DNA of 64,000 bases from Phoronis australis (taxonomy: Eukaryota > Animalia > Phoronida), in the NCBI GenBank assembly GCA_002633005.1, contig NMRA01000535.1:44912-108911 (forward strand). The letters are read 5' to 3'. A model generated the notes under the pieces. That model did not search any database, was not told where the DNA came from, and was given only the letters and a program-made list of their open reading frames with translations. Both the position numbers and the translations under genes were made by a program. This document shows positions 1-10,811 of the stretch, piece after piece (positions within the stretch are counted from its first letter, which is position 1; every line of letters begins with the position of its first letter).

Positions 1-207
1 GAGAGAGAGGACTTGCTTGGTATTATAAAGCAAAAAAATGAAACATGGTTTTTAGTTTGCAAATCACTCCAAATGCACACACTATCCAGCCTGCCCAAGA
101 CATGCCTGACCACAAGCTATCCCATGAGCCTTCGCGCAGGAAGTAACTCGCACATGCGCAATGCGTAGTTCGTTTGCGCTGCAAATCCGCTATTCCACCC
201 GATTTAA

Positions 208-3200
208 GAGACAGTCCATATAGAAACCAGTAGATTTTCAAAAATCAGTCTATACGTCCAAATTGAAAACAACTTCATTTTTTGTACATGGGTAGGTATC
301 CTAACATAAACCCAAATGCCAAATTTTGTGCACTCAATGACCCCTAGTTCGCCGCTGGAGCATGATAACACAAATTGGCACAATTGGGCATATTAGCCGT
401 CTCAAAAATCGCATGTTTTCAGCAACAAAAATGAGTAACATACAAAATAGGTCAAAAGCTATATTTTGGTGGCTGAAATAACCAACGTATACTGTGCATA
501 ATTTTGTGCCATTTATTAAAATTTGAAAGTTTTGTGCTAGACAGGGGAGATAATCCACATACCACTTCTTGGGACTAATTTTATTGGCCATTTTTGTGAC
601 CTTCTTACTGCCATAAAACACCTTGTAGCCTTATGTGACGTTTTGAACATACAGTTAAAGAGTTAGTCTTGATGACTGAGCAATAAAAAATCTTGCCTCA
701 ACTTTGCATTTTAGTGAAAATTGTCTTGCAAAACTGTCTATTTTCATAGTTTGGAATGACGAGCAGAGTTTACAGACCATTTGAACAAACTTTTAGGCAA
801 GAAGTCTGCTTTAAATAGTTATAGAAACCAAGTCTAAACTTTTTCAAATGAAAGCAAGATGTTTTCCGGGCTTATTACGCGGCTTGTATCAAAACTGAAC
901 CCGATGACCTTTGCCCACTGAGGGAGTCAGTTGAGGTTAAGCCTGAGGATAAATAATAAAATGTACGTGTAACCCTCTTGTATTCTTTCATTTCTTTTAC
1001 ATTATCAGGTTAATTTAAACACCCTGTAGAACTTTTAAATGGAAATAAATGCCTTTAAGATTAAACGAGTAAGAATTGATATTTGTAATGACTGGTTTTG
1101 AGAGAAGCAAGTGCATTTTAAAAAGACAAAATGGCGGACGATGTCGATGGGCCTTAATGTTCCTCTAGAGTTTATTCTGCAAAAAATCCGATGACAAAAG
1201 CTTTGTGCTTTAGTGAGTTATGTCAAAGACATTTGAGATACAGGAAAGTACCTCACAAAGCAAGGCCTGTGCCAGAGTACGGACTCGTACTACCCAGAGT
1301 CGGTGAATTTCTGACTGAACAGGACCAGTCATGGAAGAGTCAGGTAATGCTGGATGTTACCACTCTGCTCCTCTCCTCCTTAACGTAGCAGCCTTGCCAA
1401 ATTCTACCGGCATTTCTGTTTCGAGATATGACTTTAGTGAAAGTCAGAATAGAAACGATCTCTGTGATCGCAAGATCGTTCCACTCAAACAAAATGCAAA
1501 GTACTTTGTAGTCGAAGGTAACAATATCATAAACTTTCTGGATTTGAAAGAAGTATTACTTTCCAGTGGCCGTGTGAAGGGATGTTATGTGTGTACATGT
1601 TCAGTCAATGTAACAAAGTCTTTTCCAAAATACTCAGTTCCTGGAATAAGCACATTCCCAAATTCCCACTATTCCACTCAAGGAATTTGCGTGTGGAAAT
1701 CATTCCATGTAGGTGACGGTAAGTTCTTACAAATACTGAGAAAATGGAAAACCTATTTCTCTAAAATACACTAACATCTCTAGACATGGCGGATTTTCAA
1801 CCCCAAGAGTTAAAGTTGGCATTGTATCTAGTGAAGAGCCTCAACAAAAGTTCCCTTTTACCCAGCAAAGTTACTCGAAGTTTTTTTGCTACAGACGCAG
1901 AACTAGGTCAGCATTTGGATGTGGGTAACCACACTGAACACAGTGGTCAGAAATGCTTTCAGATGCAAGAACCGGAGCGTCATTTGACGCTGCCTTAGAG
2001 TACCATTTGGATGAGACGAATGCTGAAGCAATAGGTTAGGCATTGAAAAAAGGTAAAAGGTCAACAAGATTTTCAGGAAAGTTTAAGAACTTTCTGACGA
2101 ACATATTCGATGAAGGAGATAAGTCAGGTAAAAACGTTCACCCTCGGAAGTGCCAAAATGGAGAAAACATTACGAGAACCCACTGGGAAAGTGTTTACCT
2201 GTGATATTAAGTGAATCGCAGATTGGTGGATTTTTTCGAGGTTGTCTGCAGCAATGTTTATGACGATGCTATTTCTGCTGAAGATGTTGTTATGTCGTCA
2301 GATTTACTGAATGAAGTGGTAAATGAGCTCAACGTTTAGCCTAGTTTTGTAGCATACCAATCAAAGATGTGTGATATATGAAGTCGAGACCGTTACTTCT
2401 GTTTACTTCATGTCTGTCATGAATGAGTCATAAATAAAATTGTCTATCGTGAATTATTTTGTATTGACTGTGAATGTGTACCTTTTTATACCACTGATGA
2501 TCACACTAGCAGAAATATTCAGCGTTAGGGTGCCCGGTGTGTGGGGGGAACACCAGATTTCTGGCGACTGGTGGCGACTAAAATTTGTAGCAACCAGCAG
2601 GGACATTACAATATGAACCCAAAGTTACAATGACTATTGACAAGTTGAAGGATTTTTTGCACTGAACAAAAGGGGACCATATCCACCTTGAGTGCCTTCC
2701 TTTGCTTGTGGCACGAATAAGGCAGAGAGAAAACAAGGCAGGGGTGAGTTCAGTAACACTAGAACCTCTCTAAAATTTATCTAAAACCACGTGTTTTCAT
2801 TTAAAATGCATGGCAATATCTCGCGAAGTCTTGAATTATAGCAAGGTCCTCGTGTTACTGCTCTTGTTCTAGATGGGTCTTCGGTCTCCACGTAAACAAA
2901 AGCAGCGCCATCTATCATTTAGAACCACGCATGCCAGTTGATTTACGTTACATATTTTTTGTAATAAGCAATAATCATCAATACCATTTTCAGAGAATGG
3001 TAATTAATAATGCTGTCTGCCTTTTCTTCAAAATAGAAGGTTCTTATGTGGTGTTTCGCAAGCTAATTATATGTTCCAAGAGCCCCACCAGAGGCAACTG
3101 AGAACATGCAAAAGGACGAAGTGCAGTTCGTGTAATGCTTTGTACGCAAAAACTACATTAGAGGCAAGATTTTTTATTTTAGATTATGAACAGGTTAGGA

Positions 3201-3646
3201 ATGACTGCACAAATTATTATAAATTCAATTTCAGGAAAGGTGCGTTATGGCTGCTACAGAGTGCCAAATTTGGCCAAAAATGGCTTCAGTGAAAACCTGA
3301 AAAAATAGTCGTTTTTGCGTCACAAATTCAAAACGTACAAATTTAAAAATGGATTTTGAAAGTTCTGCCATTAAATTATTCAGTCACTGCCCAATCAATT
3401 CGTATCATTCATTTGTTTTGACCGTACCACACATGCTAGTAAAATGCATTCACACATGCCTTTTTCGACGCCCAATTTTGTTGCAAAATGGCGGTACAGG
3501 TCATAAAAAGAAAAATAATCAATGAAAATTCTTAAAAAGTGAGGCTTTTCTTCATCTCAACAAACCAAACTCATGTGCTAAGTTTCAAAAAAGATCGGTG
3601 ATTTTGGGTATAGACTCTACCTGTTGGTTTTTATATGGAGTCACTC
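208..3646 (+). mobile_element. Sola3 DNA transposon, decayed and internally deleted
   Basis: TTAA at 204-207 and 3647-3650. Termini GAGACAGTCCATATAGAAACCA and TGGTTTTTATATGGAGTCACTC are imperfect inverted repeats (GAG..CTC). Inverted similarity is still visible ~480 bp in (AATAAAAAATCTTGCCTC at ~682-699 vs GAGGCAAGATTTTTTATT at 3161-3178). Transposase remnant inside. Confidence 0.85.
1331..2340 (+). pseudogene. Sola3 transposase remnant (C-terminal part, frameshifted)
   Basis: ORF 1331-1774 contains SGNAGCYHS (SDNAGCYH-like), RYDFSESQ..DLCDRKI and EGNNI...LKEVLLSSG, which resemble Sola3 transposase motifs. Downstream frames are broken by stops. Confidence 0.75.
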
Positions 3647-3800
3647 TTAATTAGTCTTATTTACCGTCTCAATCGGTCTGTGGCCACATCGGCTCGTACA
3701 CGGTCGACCTTACCTTGCCGAGAGGCGTCGCGTTAACCTGTGAGGAAGGTGAGAAACTCCGCAGCGACGTCAGTGGTTCATCTGCAGAGTGAGTGCCGCC

Positions 3801-4015
3801 ATGGTGTGGTGTGTCGTTCCCACTTGTGCGAACTATGAAGCTGCGATGAAAGCGGGCACATCGCTTTTTCGATTTCCTCGAGAGCCCGAAATGCTTCGGA
3901 ACTGGCTCGCGGCAGTAAAAAAATGAAAAGTACGGCGTTCATACAACGTACGAGGCCGTGAAATGATATCCGTGTCTGTGGCCGGCATTTTGCGGACAGT
4001 TATTTCACTGACGAA
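3801..4015 (+). pseudogene. THAP zinc-finger N-terminus of a transposase (frameshifted)
   Basis: GCCGCCATGG start. Manual translation gives MVWCVVPTCAN..TSLFRFPREPEMLRNWLAAVK, then after a frameshift DIRVCGRHFADSYF (C2CH signature). Confidence 0.85.
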
Positions 4016-4355
4016 TCCCGGCTTGCTTCTACAAGAAGGCGTTTCACATGTTGAATTTCGTGGCAACAAACGCAAGCGTCAGTCGTTTCCATTATGGTGC
4101 AGTTAGCGCACTGACACCAAGACAAGTCATTGAGACGGTTTTCGGAACTATCCATATGCTCCATTGTCGTGCACGTTCACAGCGCCTCTCTAATATTTCT
4201 TGATCAGTGTATTCTGGTTCGAACTGATATCCTGAGAAACCTAACGATCTACCTGGGACGTCTTCGTCAGATGAGTACTCCTCCAAGTCGGAATTGCAAG
4301 TTGCCGTGTTGACGTTTATTACTGAGCGGTCTGTTTCAAAATGAATTATTCTCAC
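3995..4355 (-). pseudogene. Kolobok accessory protein fragment (KolX / P2X7 intracellular Cys-rich-like)
   Basis: Acidic N-terminus with GYQFEPE, then after a frameshift RLNDLSWCQCANCTIMETTDACVCCHEI (WCxCxxC..CxCCxE pattern). Confidence 0.8.
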
Positions 4356-4858
4356 ACTAACCAGTTATATAAAACTGAAACAATGTCTATCTCATTACAT
4401 GCAATTTGTATTGCCTTTGTGGTGTTCGTGAGTGCAAATGATTTGAGAAGCCAGCAATGAATTATAAATCACTGCGTTACCGGGTTTAGGTGCAAATAAA
4501 CTAATTGACCGAACACCGAGGCCGTGTGAGCGCATGCTAATTCAGTGTTTGCTGACAGAAACTGTTGTGAAATAATAACTCGATTTTCCATCCCACGGCC
4601 AGGTGTTAGGGGAATTTTCGTTTACATATACATTATTCAAATAATGATTGTCAATGTACAACTTCTGCCCTGACAGTTCTGTGGCCAAAGGGGAACCTCA
4701 GTGAATTCGCGGCCCCCGACAAGTAAATAGATTTGCAGTTTCGTGGCTAATTCACCAACATAATCACGTGCACTTTACGTCTTTGGCTCACTAGTTTAGT
4801 ATTTTGTTGATTGAAAGTGTTGTTTCCGACTTTGGCTGGTTTATGTTCGTGATGTCTT

Positions 4859-4970
4859 CAGTCCGGTCGCGACGGGCCTCATCGGATTCCAAACCACTGG
4901 CCGGGATAACGAGTCAGTCCGGCCCCGACGGGCCTGATCGGGTTCCGAGCCACTGTCCGGGATAACAAGC
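4859..4970. repeat. 56-bp tandem duplication (2 copies)
   Basis: CAGTCCGG..CGACGGGCCT..CCGGGATAAC starting at 4859 and 4915. Confidence 0.85.
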
Positions 4971-5469
4971 GTTTTGTGTGTTTAGAATTAAAAAAAGTCA
5001 CAAGTCTAAACAACACAGATCTAGGTTCTTCTGTCTGTATTTCACGGAAGAATACTTCGAATTTATCTCCGAACAGACTACAAACTCCTGCTACGGACCT
5101 TGGTAAATTGGCCTGCAGAACTTTGTAGGCTACGGTGTGTCAAAATACCAATAAATCCGTAACAGCGAAATAATACAACACGTTTTTATAAGAACTCAGT
5201 GTATTATTAAGTGTTTTACATCGATGTTTAATGATTTATTGGTGTTTAACGTTGACTTCAAGCGATAGGCTGACACCAGTATGTTGTGAACTGCTGAACA
5301 GACTGCGTGTGAAACCAATGACGTCATTGGATAATTTCACCACCTCCGTCTGCCGTCAGGTGTCAGGTAACGCAACCAAACGTGCCGTTATCGAGTAGAA
5401 CTATTCGATCTAAATTGATACAAAATAAGTTGTTTTTGGGTGGCATTCCCCTTTAAGTGGTTTCAATAG

Positions 5470-5605
5470 CAATCATCCAATCACGAGTCAAGACATCCGA
5501 CCAATCACAAAACAAGTTATTCATCCAATGAGCAGCCAAGTTATTCAGCCAGTCAGCAGCCAAGTTATTCAGTCATTCAACAGCCAAGTTATTTGTCCAG
5601 TCACT
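5470..5605. repeat. ~22-bp degenerate minisatellite
   Basis: Repeated CAGCCAAGTTATTCA(G/T)CCA(G/A)T units. Confidence 0.7.
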
Positions 5606-5655
5606 CAGATACGAGTACATATGAGGCACTGTTACTCCAGCTAGTCATCACTACT

Positions 5656-6898
5656 CAGTCCAAGACAAAACCCAACCTCCCGTTCAGTAACGCAAGGACC
5701 TCGCGCAAGACTTCGCGAGATAACGTGAGATATTGCCGTGTATTTTAAATAAGAACGCGTGACTTAATTTAGATTTTAGGTAGATCCTAGCGTAGGTCCT
5801 AGCGTTAATGAACGCACGCCAGATATCCCAGTTCGCCGACGATCTCGGGTTCTGGACAAGTGACAAACAAGAGACAGGTGTCCAAGCACGCCACCAGCGG
5901 GCACTGTCAAAACTGGAGGACTGGTGCTCCTGGCCATCTGGCGCAACACGAACTCAATGCCGCAAAATCACACTGACAGGTCATCCTAGCTGTTCCACCG
6001 CAAACTCAAACTGCGACCATTTAGCCTTTCATTTTTTGGTGTCAGGCTCACACCAAAAGCAGAGTCGACTCGATCTGCTGGGGGTAACCCTAGATCAAAG
6101 ACTCACGATTTCACGTCGCACACGTGTGTGACCGTGCCACACTGTCAACCAAAGTCATGCTTATGCATCGATTAAAGGGGACAGGGTGGGGCGCTTATCA
6201 GGCCCCTATTCGAAAATGAAACGATCGATATCTTCCGTCAACCTGTGTCCCTTCTACAATCGAAAAACTCCAGTGAATCCAGAAATGGGCACTGAGCATT
6301 GCTCTCGGGCAGCCCAAATACTCCCGAACCGACGTATTACACGAGCTCGCCGGAATGCACGCTGTCTCAGACAGACTGCAATCACTCCGCGAAGCCACAT
6401 TAAGCCGAATGTCCGTGACTAGCCTGTACCAGGTCCTGCTCAACTGGTAACAAACTGTCCCGAAAACCAAGGACAACCATTAAGCCGCATACCAGAGGCA
6501 AGCCCGTACCAGGAGCACCAAGGGTTATGGTCCTGCTCTACTTGCAATAAACTGTCCCGACGGGGCAGTATAAAGACAACCAAGGATTGCTGTTGCCATT
6601 AAGCCGGCTTCATCTGAGCTGAACTGTTCCGACGAGCCAGTAGAAAGACGACTTGAGGACAAGCATGAACGCTGTTGCCATTAAGCCAGCTTCATGCAAG
6701 TCAAACCAAATCCAAAAAGTCAGCGACGCTGTTGCCGTCCAGCCAGCGTCTCATCCACCAAATAAGACGAACACCATCGCCATCCATTTCCATGCCAACC
6801 GTTCCACGTCCACACCAAGTGCAGCGAGGATAGAAGGCGAGATCGTCCGATCTTGCGAAACTGTCCGACTGCTTCGCCCTCATCGACCGGCTCTCACT
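5656..6898 (+). mobile_element. Old 5'-truncated non-LTR retrotransposon (I/Jockey-group-like RT fragment) with 15-bp TSD
   Basis: ISQFADDLGFW..QRALSKLEDWC..LLGVTLDQRLT in ORF 5808-6131. Identical 15-mer CTAGTCATCACTACT at 5641-5655 and 6899-6913. The 3' part has degenerate repeats starting CCATTAAGCC. Confidence 0.75.
5684..5795. repeat. Short dispersed repeat (MITE-like); related copies at ~2750-2850, ~27990-28065 and ~45120-45170
   Basis: Shared CAAGACTTCGCGAGAT..GAGATATTGCC(G/A)TG motif in both orientations. Confidence 0.6.
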
Positions 6899-7407
6899 CT
6901 AGTCATCACTACTGACGAAGAAACAATGTTGAATTGTCACGGTGTCATTTTCGAGGAATAACGAGCGGCCAGTTCCCTGCAAACCCAGAAATCATTTTTC
7001 ATCCGAGTAAGAAGCAAGTTGAGACCCATTTTATAGCGGTGTGCGGTTTATATAACGCTTTGCTTCTTGGAGCTTTTTACGTTATGCACAAATATTTATC
7101 AAAAATTATTTATAAATACGGTATCTGTGACCATTATAGCCATAGTTGCTAGTTTCACAGATCATGTTCGTGAGTTATTTCTAAGCTGTGCTGTGCCATG
7201 ACAAAATATTCTGTAATTGTCAAGTAGGAGCGTAAGTCAAATTATTTGATTTAAATTCTTGCAATTCATTTTTCATGAAACGGACCATTCAGAGTGAGAG
7301 ATCAGACTACCTGTTACTGATTTCAAGAACCCCAATTTCGAAAAGGTTGGCCAGCCCTATCAAAAGTGATACCTCTTTTAAAGATCTCGCCCGTAAGCGA
7401 CCACTTC

Positions 7408-7577
7408 CAATGGCGGATTTTGAGGGGGAGGGGCAAGGAGTGCATGCCTCCGTAAGATTTTCCCAGCTTCCATTTGTCAGTTCGGGGATGTGAATGTCTG
7501 ACGGGCAAAATCCTGGTTAATACTTTGCCCTAGCCCCCCCCCCCCTTCCCTAACGCAAAGTCCTTGATCCGTCCCTG
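7408..7577. mobile_element. 170-bp MITE with 5-bp flanking duplication ACTTC
   Basis: CAATGGCGGAT...ATCCGTCCCTG termini; ACTTC at 7403-7407 and 7578-7582. A related copy is split by the Academ element (28347-28366 plus 31535-31671). Confidence 0.65.
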
Positions 7578-7646
7578 ACTTCGCGTGTTCACTTCTTCAT
7601 GTGACGCAGCGAGAAGAAACAGTGAAGAGGATCAAGTGGAACTCAC

Positions 7647-7928
7647 CTTGATTCTTTCTGACGCACTCATGCTCGACGATGATGGAATTAAACGGACATT
7701 TGTGGTTTATCACATCGTAGACTGACGTTAGATTGCAAGAAGTTGTGTTGCTACACGCTTTTTCCACCAATGCCGTAGCGTGTTCGTGGCACATGTATGT
7801 TTCAGGAGAGGGGTCTTTAAGGTTTATTGTTACATAACTGAGTGAAATGAATAAATTTCCGTTTGACTGCGTACCATTCTCACAGAGTAATACGTTTCTT
7901 TGCTTCGTCCCAATCGCATGGCAGATTT
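7647..7928 (-). CDS. Internal phase 1-1 exon encoding a Cys-rich extracellular domain, SUEL/rhamnose-binding-lectin-like
   Basis: Acceptor tttcacacag| and donor CAAG|gtgagt. 282 nt open frame: ICHAIGTKQRNVLLCENGTQSNG...MCHEHATALVEKACSNTTSCNL...KCPFNSIIVEHEC, with several N-glycosylation sequons. Partner exons not identified. Confidence 0.7.
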
Positions 7929-8038
7929 CTGTGTGAAATGTGCAAATAGAAGAATTTGAAGTCGTAGTTTGTAATTTAAAAAAGAGTCGATACCTGTCAG
8001 TAAGGATGTCTGATTCGTCCGATTACCATCTGCACATT

Positions 8039-10608
8039 AAAAATAAAAAATAAAAAAAAAAAAAACAGTGCAGGTGGTCTGATGTCATTTGCGGTGCATC
8101 AGACGTGCGCAGGCCTCATGGTTTGGCCCATTGCACAAAACACCTGAGCAAAGGCACGAGACCCCAATTATGGCTCCTCGTGAAGAAAGTTTTCAAGTCT
8201 GCCAGTCTCCTTTAGGAAAACGGACAGACGTTTCCATTTGTTGCCATGCACAATATGTTGTAGGCACGTAACAATGCCATCCAGTAGGTTGCTCATTAGC
8301 CTATAAAAAGCTGGGCAAGACTCTACCAGGTGTTTAGGAGATTCTACGTCAGTATCACACTCGGGACACACAGGGCTCCCCATATGCCCAGTACTGTGTC
8401 TGTGTCGGACTAGGTTGCAGTGGCCCGTCAAAATTTGAATGACGTGTCTTATACCCAATCTATCTAGACTCAGAAGGCTTTTTGAACCTTTTGGTTCGAT
8501 CACGTTGGGAAAATTCTCCTTGGTTTCTCTGCAGGAGTTAAGTGATGCCCACTGGGCTGCTGACTGGGTATGTACCCAGTTGCGTATACTCATCCTGCAA
8601 CATCCGTAAGATACCGGGATAGCAGGTTCAGGCACAAAATGCAAAACGCTTGCTCCTATCTTTGCGAGTCTGTCTGCATTCTCATTGCCATCAATTCCCA
8701 CATGGGCCCTGACCCAGCGTATATTGACGGTTCTTTCAATTGCAAGCTTGTTAAGCTCATTAATACAAGCATTAACACAACGAGAGTTGACCCTTAGTTT
8801 CTTTAGGGCTTTTATTGCTGCCTGGCTATCTGAAAAGATGATAATTGGCCGATTGCCAAGTTCAGTGTTATATTGTTGTGCCAGTTGAGCAGCTCTATTA
8901 ATTGCAGTGATCTCAGCCTGAAACACCGTGGCAAGATTGCCCAACGATACCCAGTTTTCTGCATCTGCAACAGGAAGGCTTGGAAAGTAGACCCCAGCAC
9001 CTGTCTGGCCATTTTCCAGTTTAGAGCCGTCCGTATAACAAACCACCTCATTCTTGTGTTCTGCGGTAGGCCATCCATCGCCAATTTCCGTGAAGAAATT
9101 GTTTGTATGATTTAAAGTTGTGACCTGGACATCACTAGGCATGTTCCATAGTTGCCCAGTCTTGGCCATTAGCTTATTGCAAACATTCCTGTGGCTTCTG
9201 TGTGCAACGGAGTCAGGGATGTTAGTTTTCACCCACTGACCATTATATTTGAGACGAAGTGCAGCAGATGCAGCTTCACCCTCAAGGTATATGTTCAGTG
9301 GTGGTAGACCGATTAGCATTTCTAGGGCTGCAGAAGGCGTTCCTGGAAAAGCAGAGGTTATGCACAAACAAGCTAGACGTTGCAGCTGCCTAAGTTTGTT
9401 GATAATTGTAATCTGTTTTAATGCCGTTACCCATATCGACGAAGCATAGGACATTATAGGTCGGATAACAGCAGTATAAATCCAGAACATATTCTTGGGA
9501 GACATTCCCCAAGTTTTACCCACCGCACGACTGCATCTCACCAATGCAGATTTGGCTTTTGAGATTTTTTCTGTAATATGCGGGGTCCAGGAAAGACGAT
9601 GGTGTAAAATGACACCTAAGTAAGTCGCCTTGTCTACAAGATCAAGATGTTTACCATTCAGCGTTAAAGGCCGCATTGACCATTTAAGCTTCCAAGTGAA
9701 CATAATCACCTTTGTTTTGCTACCACTAATTTCTAAGCCGACTGACTTAGCCCATGTGGCTGTTGTATTCAGTGCTCTTTGAGCAAGATAGCGACATGTG
9801 TCAGGATCGATGCTAGACACACTGAGAACAATATCATCTGCATAGGCTTGAACATACAAGCTTGGACCCATGTCAGTAGATAATTGTTGAAGCAAACCAT
9901 CCATAACCATGTTAAAGAGGGTTGGTGAGGCAGCGCCACCCTGAGGTGTTCCTCTGGTGATGCGAACCGCCACTCTCACATTGTCTAGACAAGCAGTCAC
10001 AGATTGACTTCCAAGCATGTTAATGATCCACCTGGTAAGACACCTATTCACTTTAAAGTGGTTCAGTGCAATTCGAATCGCATCATGCTTAATATTGCTG
10101 AAAGCACCAACAAGATCAATGAAGGCACAGAGGGCAAATTGTTTATTAAAAACAGCCCTTTCCAGTCTAGCAACCAGATGATGTAGAGCGGTCTCCGTAG
10201 AGAAGCCAGGCCTATAAGCATACTGATTGTTCTGAAGTTTGTTCTGTATTCCTTGTTTATCAAGATGCCACAGAATGAGCCTTTCCAGTCCTTTGAGGAG
10301 AAAGGATGTTAAGGTTATAGGCCTAAATGATTCAGCCAAAAGGTATGAGTTCTTCCCTGGTTTAGGAATGAAGACTACCCTAGCTTCAGTCCAAGTCTTA
10401 GGGATATAACCTAGTCTAAGACTGCTTTTGTAAGTTGCTGTGAGTATATGGAATAGTGGTATCCCAGCTTCTTGCAACATTATAGGATATATCATGTCTA
10501 GTCCTGGGGACTTCCATGGTTTAAAAGACTTTAGAGCTAACTCCACGAGATGTGGTGTGGCTACGTTTTCAACATCAGCATAAGCTAATGGTTCACACTC
10601 CTCTGAGT
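8039..10608 (-). mobile_element. 5'-truncated non-LTR retrotransposon, LOA-like, with 13-bp TSD
   Basis: Identical CCATCTGCACATT at 8026-8038 and 10609-10621. Uninterrupted pol ORF, ~100-nt 3' UTR and a T-rich sense-strand tail (8039-8065). Confidence 0.92.
8168..10608 (-). CDS. LINE ORF2 fragment: reverse transcriptase, RNase H and CCHC knuckle; endonuclease lost by truncation
   Basis: KSPGLD, FIPKPGK, FRPITLTS, GTPQGG..SP and YADD (RT); YTDGSK, VFQAEI, SDSQAA and WVRAHVGIDGNENAD (RNase H); CPEC..HLVESC. The first ~33 aa of the predicted 846-aa ORF lie outside the element, in the TSD and flank. Confidence 0.93.
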
Positions 10609-10811
10609 CCATCTGCACATTCGTGTTCATTGACATAGATTGAGATGCGTTTGTTATTATCAGACCACTTATTTCGTTACTGCCCAATGTAGTCAACCAA
10701 AAGGACAAAACTTACAAACGTGCCCTTACCCTGCACTGGGATCTAGGATCGTAAGGCGGGGAACAACAGCAATTTTCCTCAATTCGTTTATGCCCTGGTG
10801 CGCCGCCCATG

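Larger units (their letters stand above)
3651..5452 (+). mobile_element. Kolobok-type DNA transposon relic (right end seen; left end not found in window)
   Basis: Ends ...GGGTGGCATTCCCCT followed by TTAA (5453-5456). Carries convergent THAP and P2X7-C-terminal-like fragments, the gene pair typical of Kolobok. Confidence 0.65.

Noticed and set aside
10609-10708. N-terminal ~33 aa of the 846-aa ORF as part of the LINE
   Set aside because: They lie in and beyond the TSD, so they are flanking DNA.
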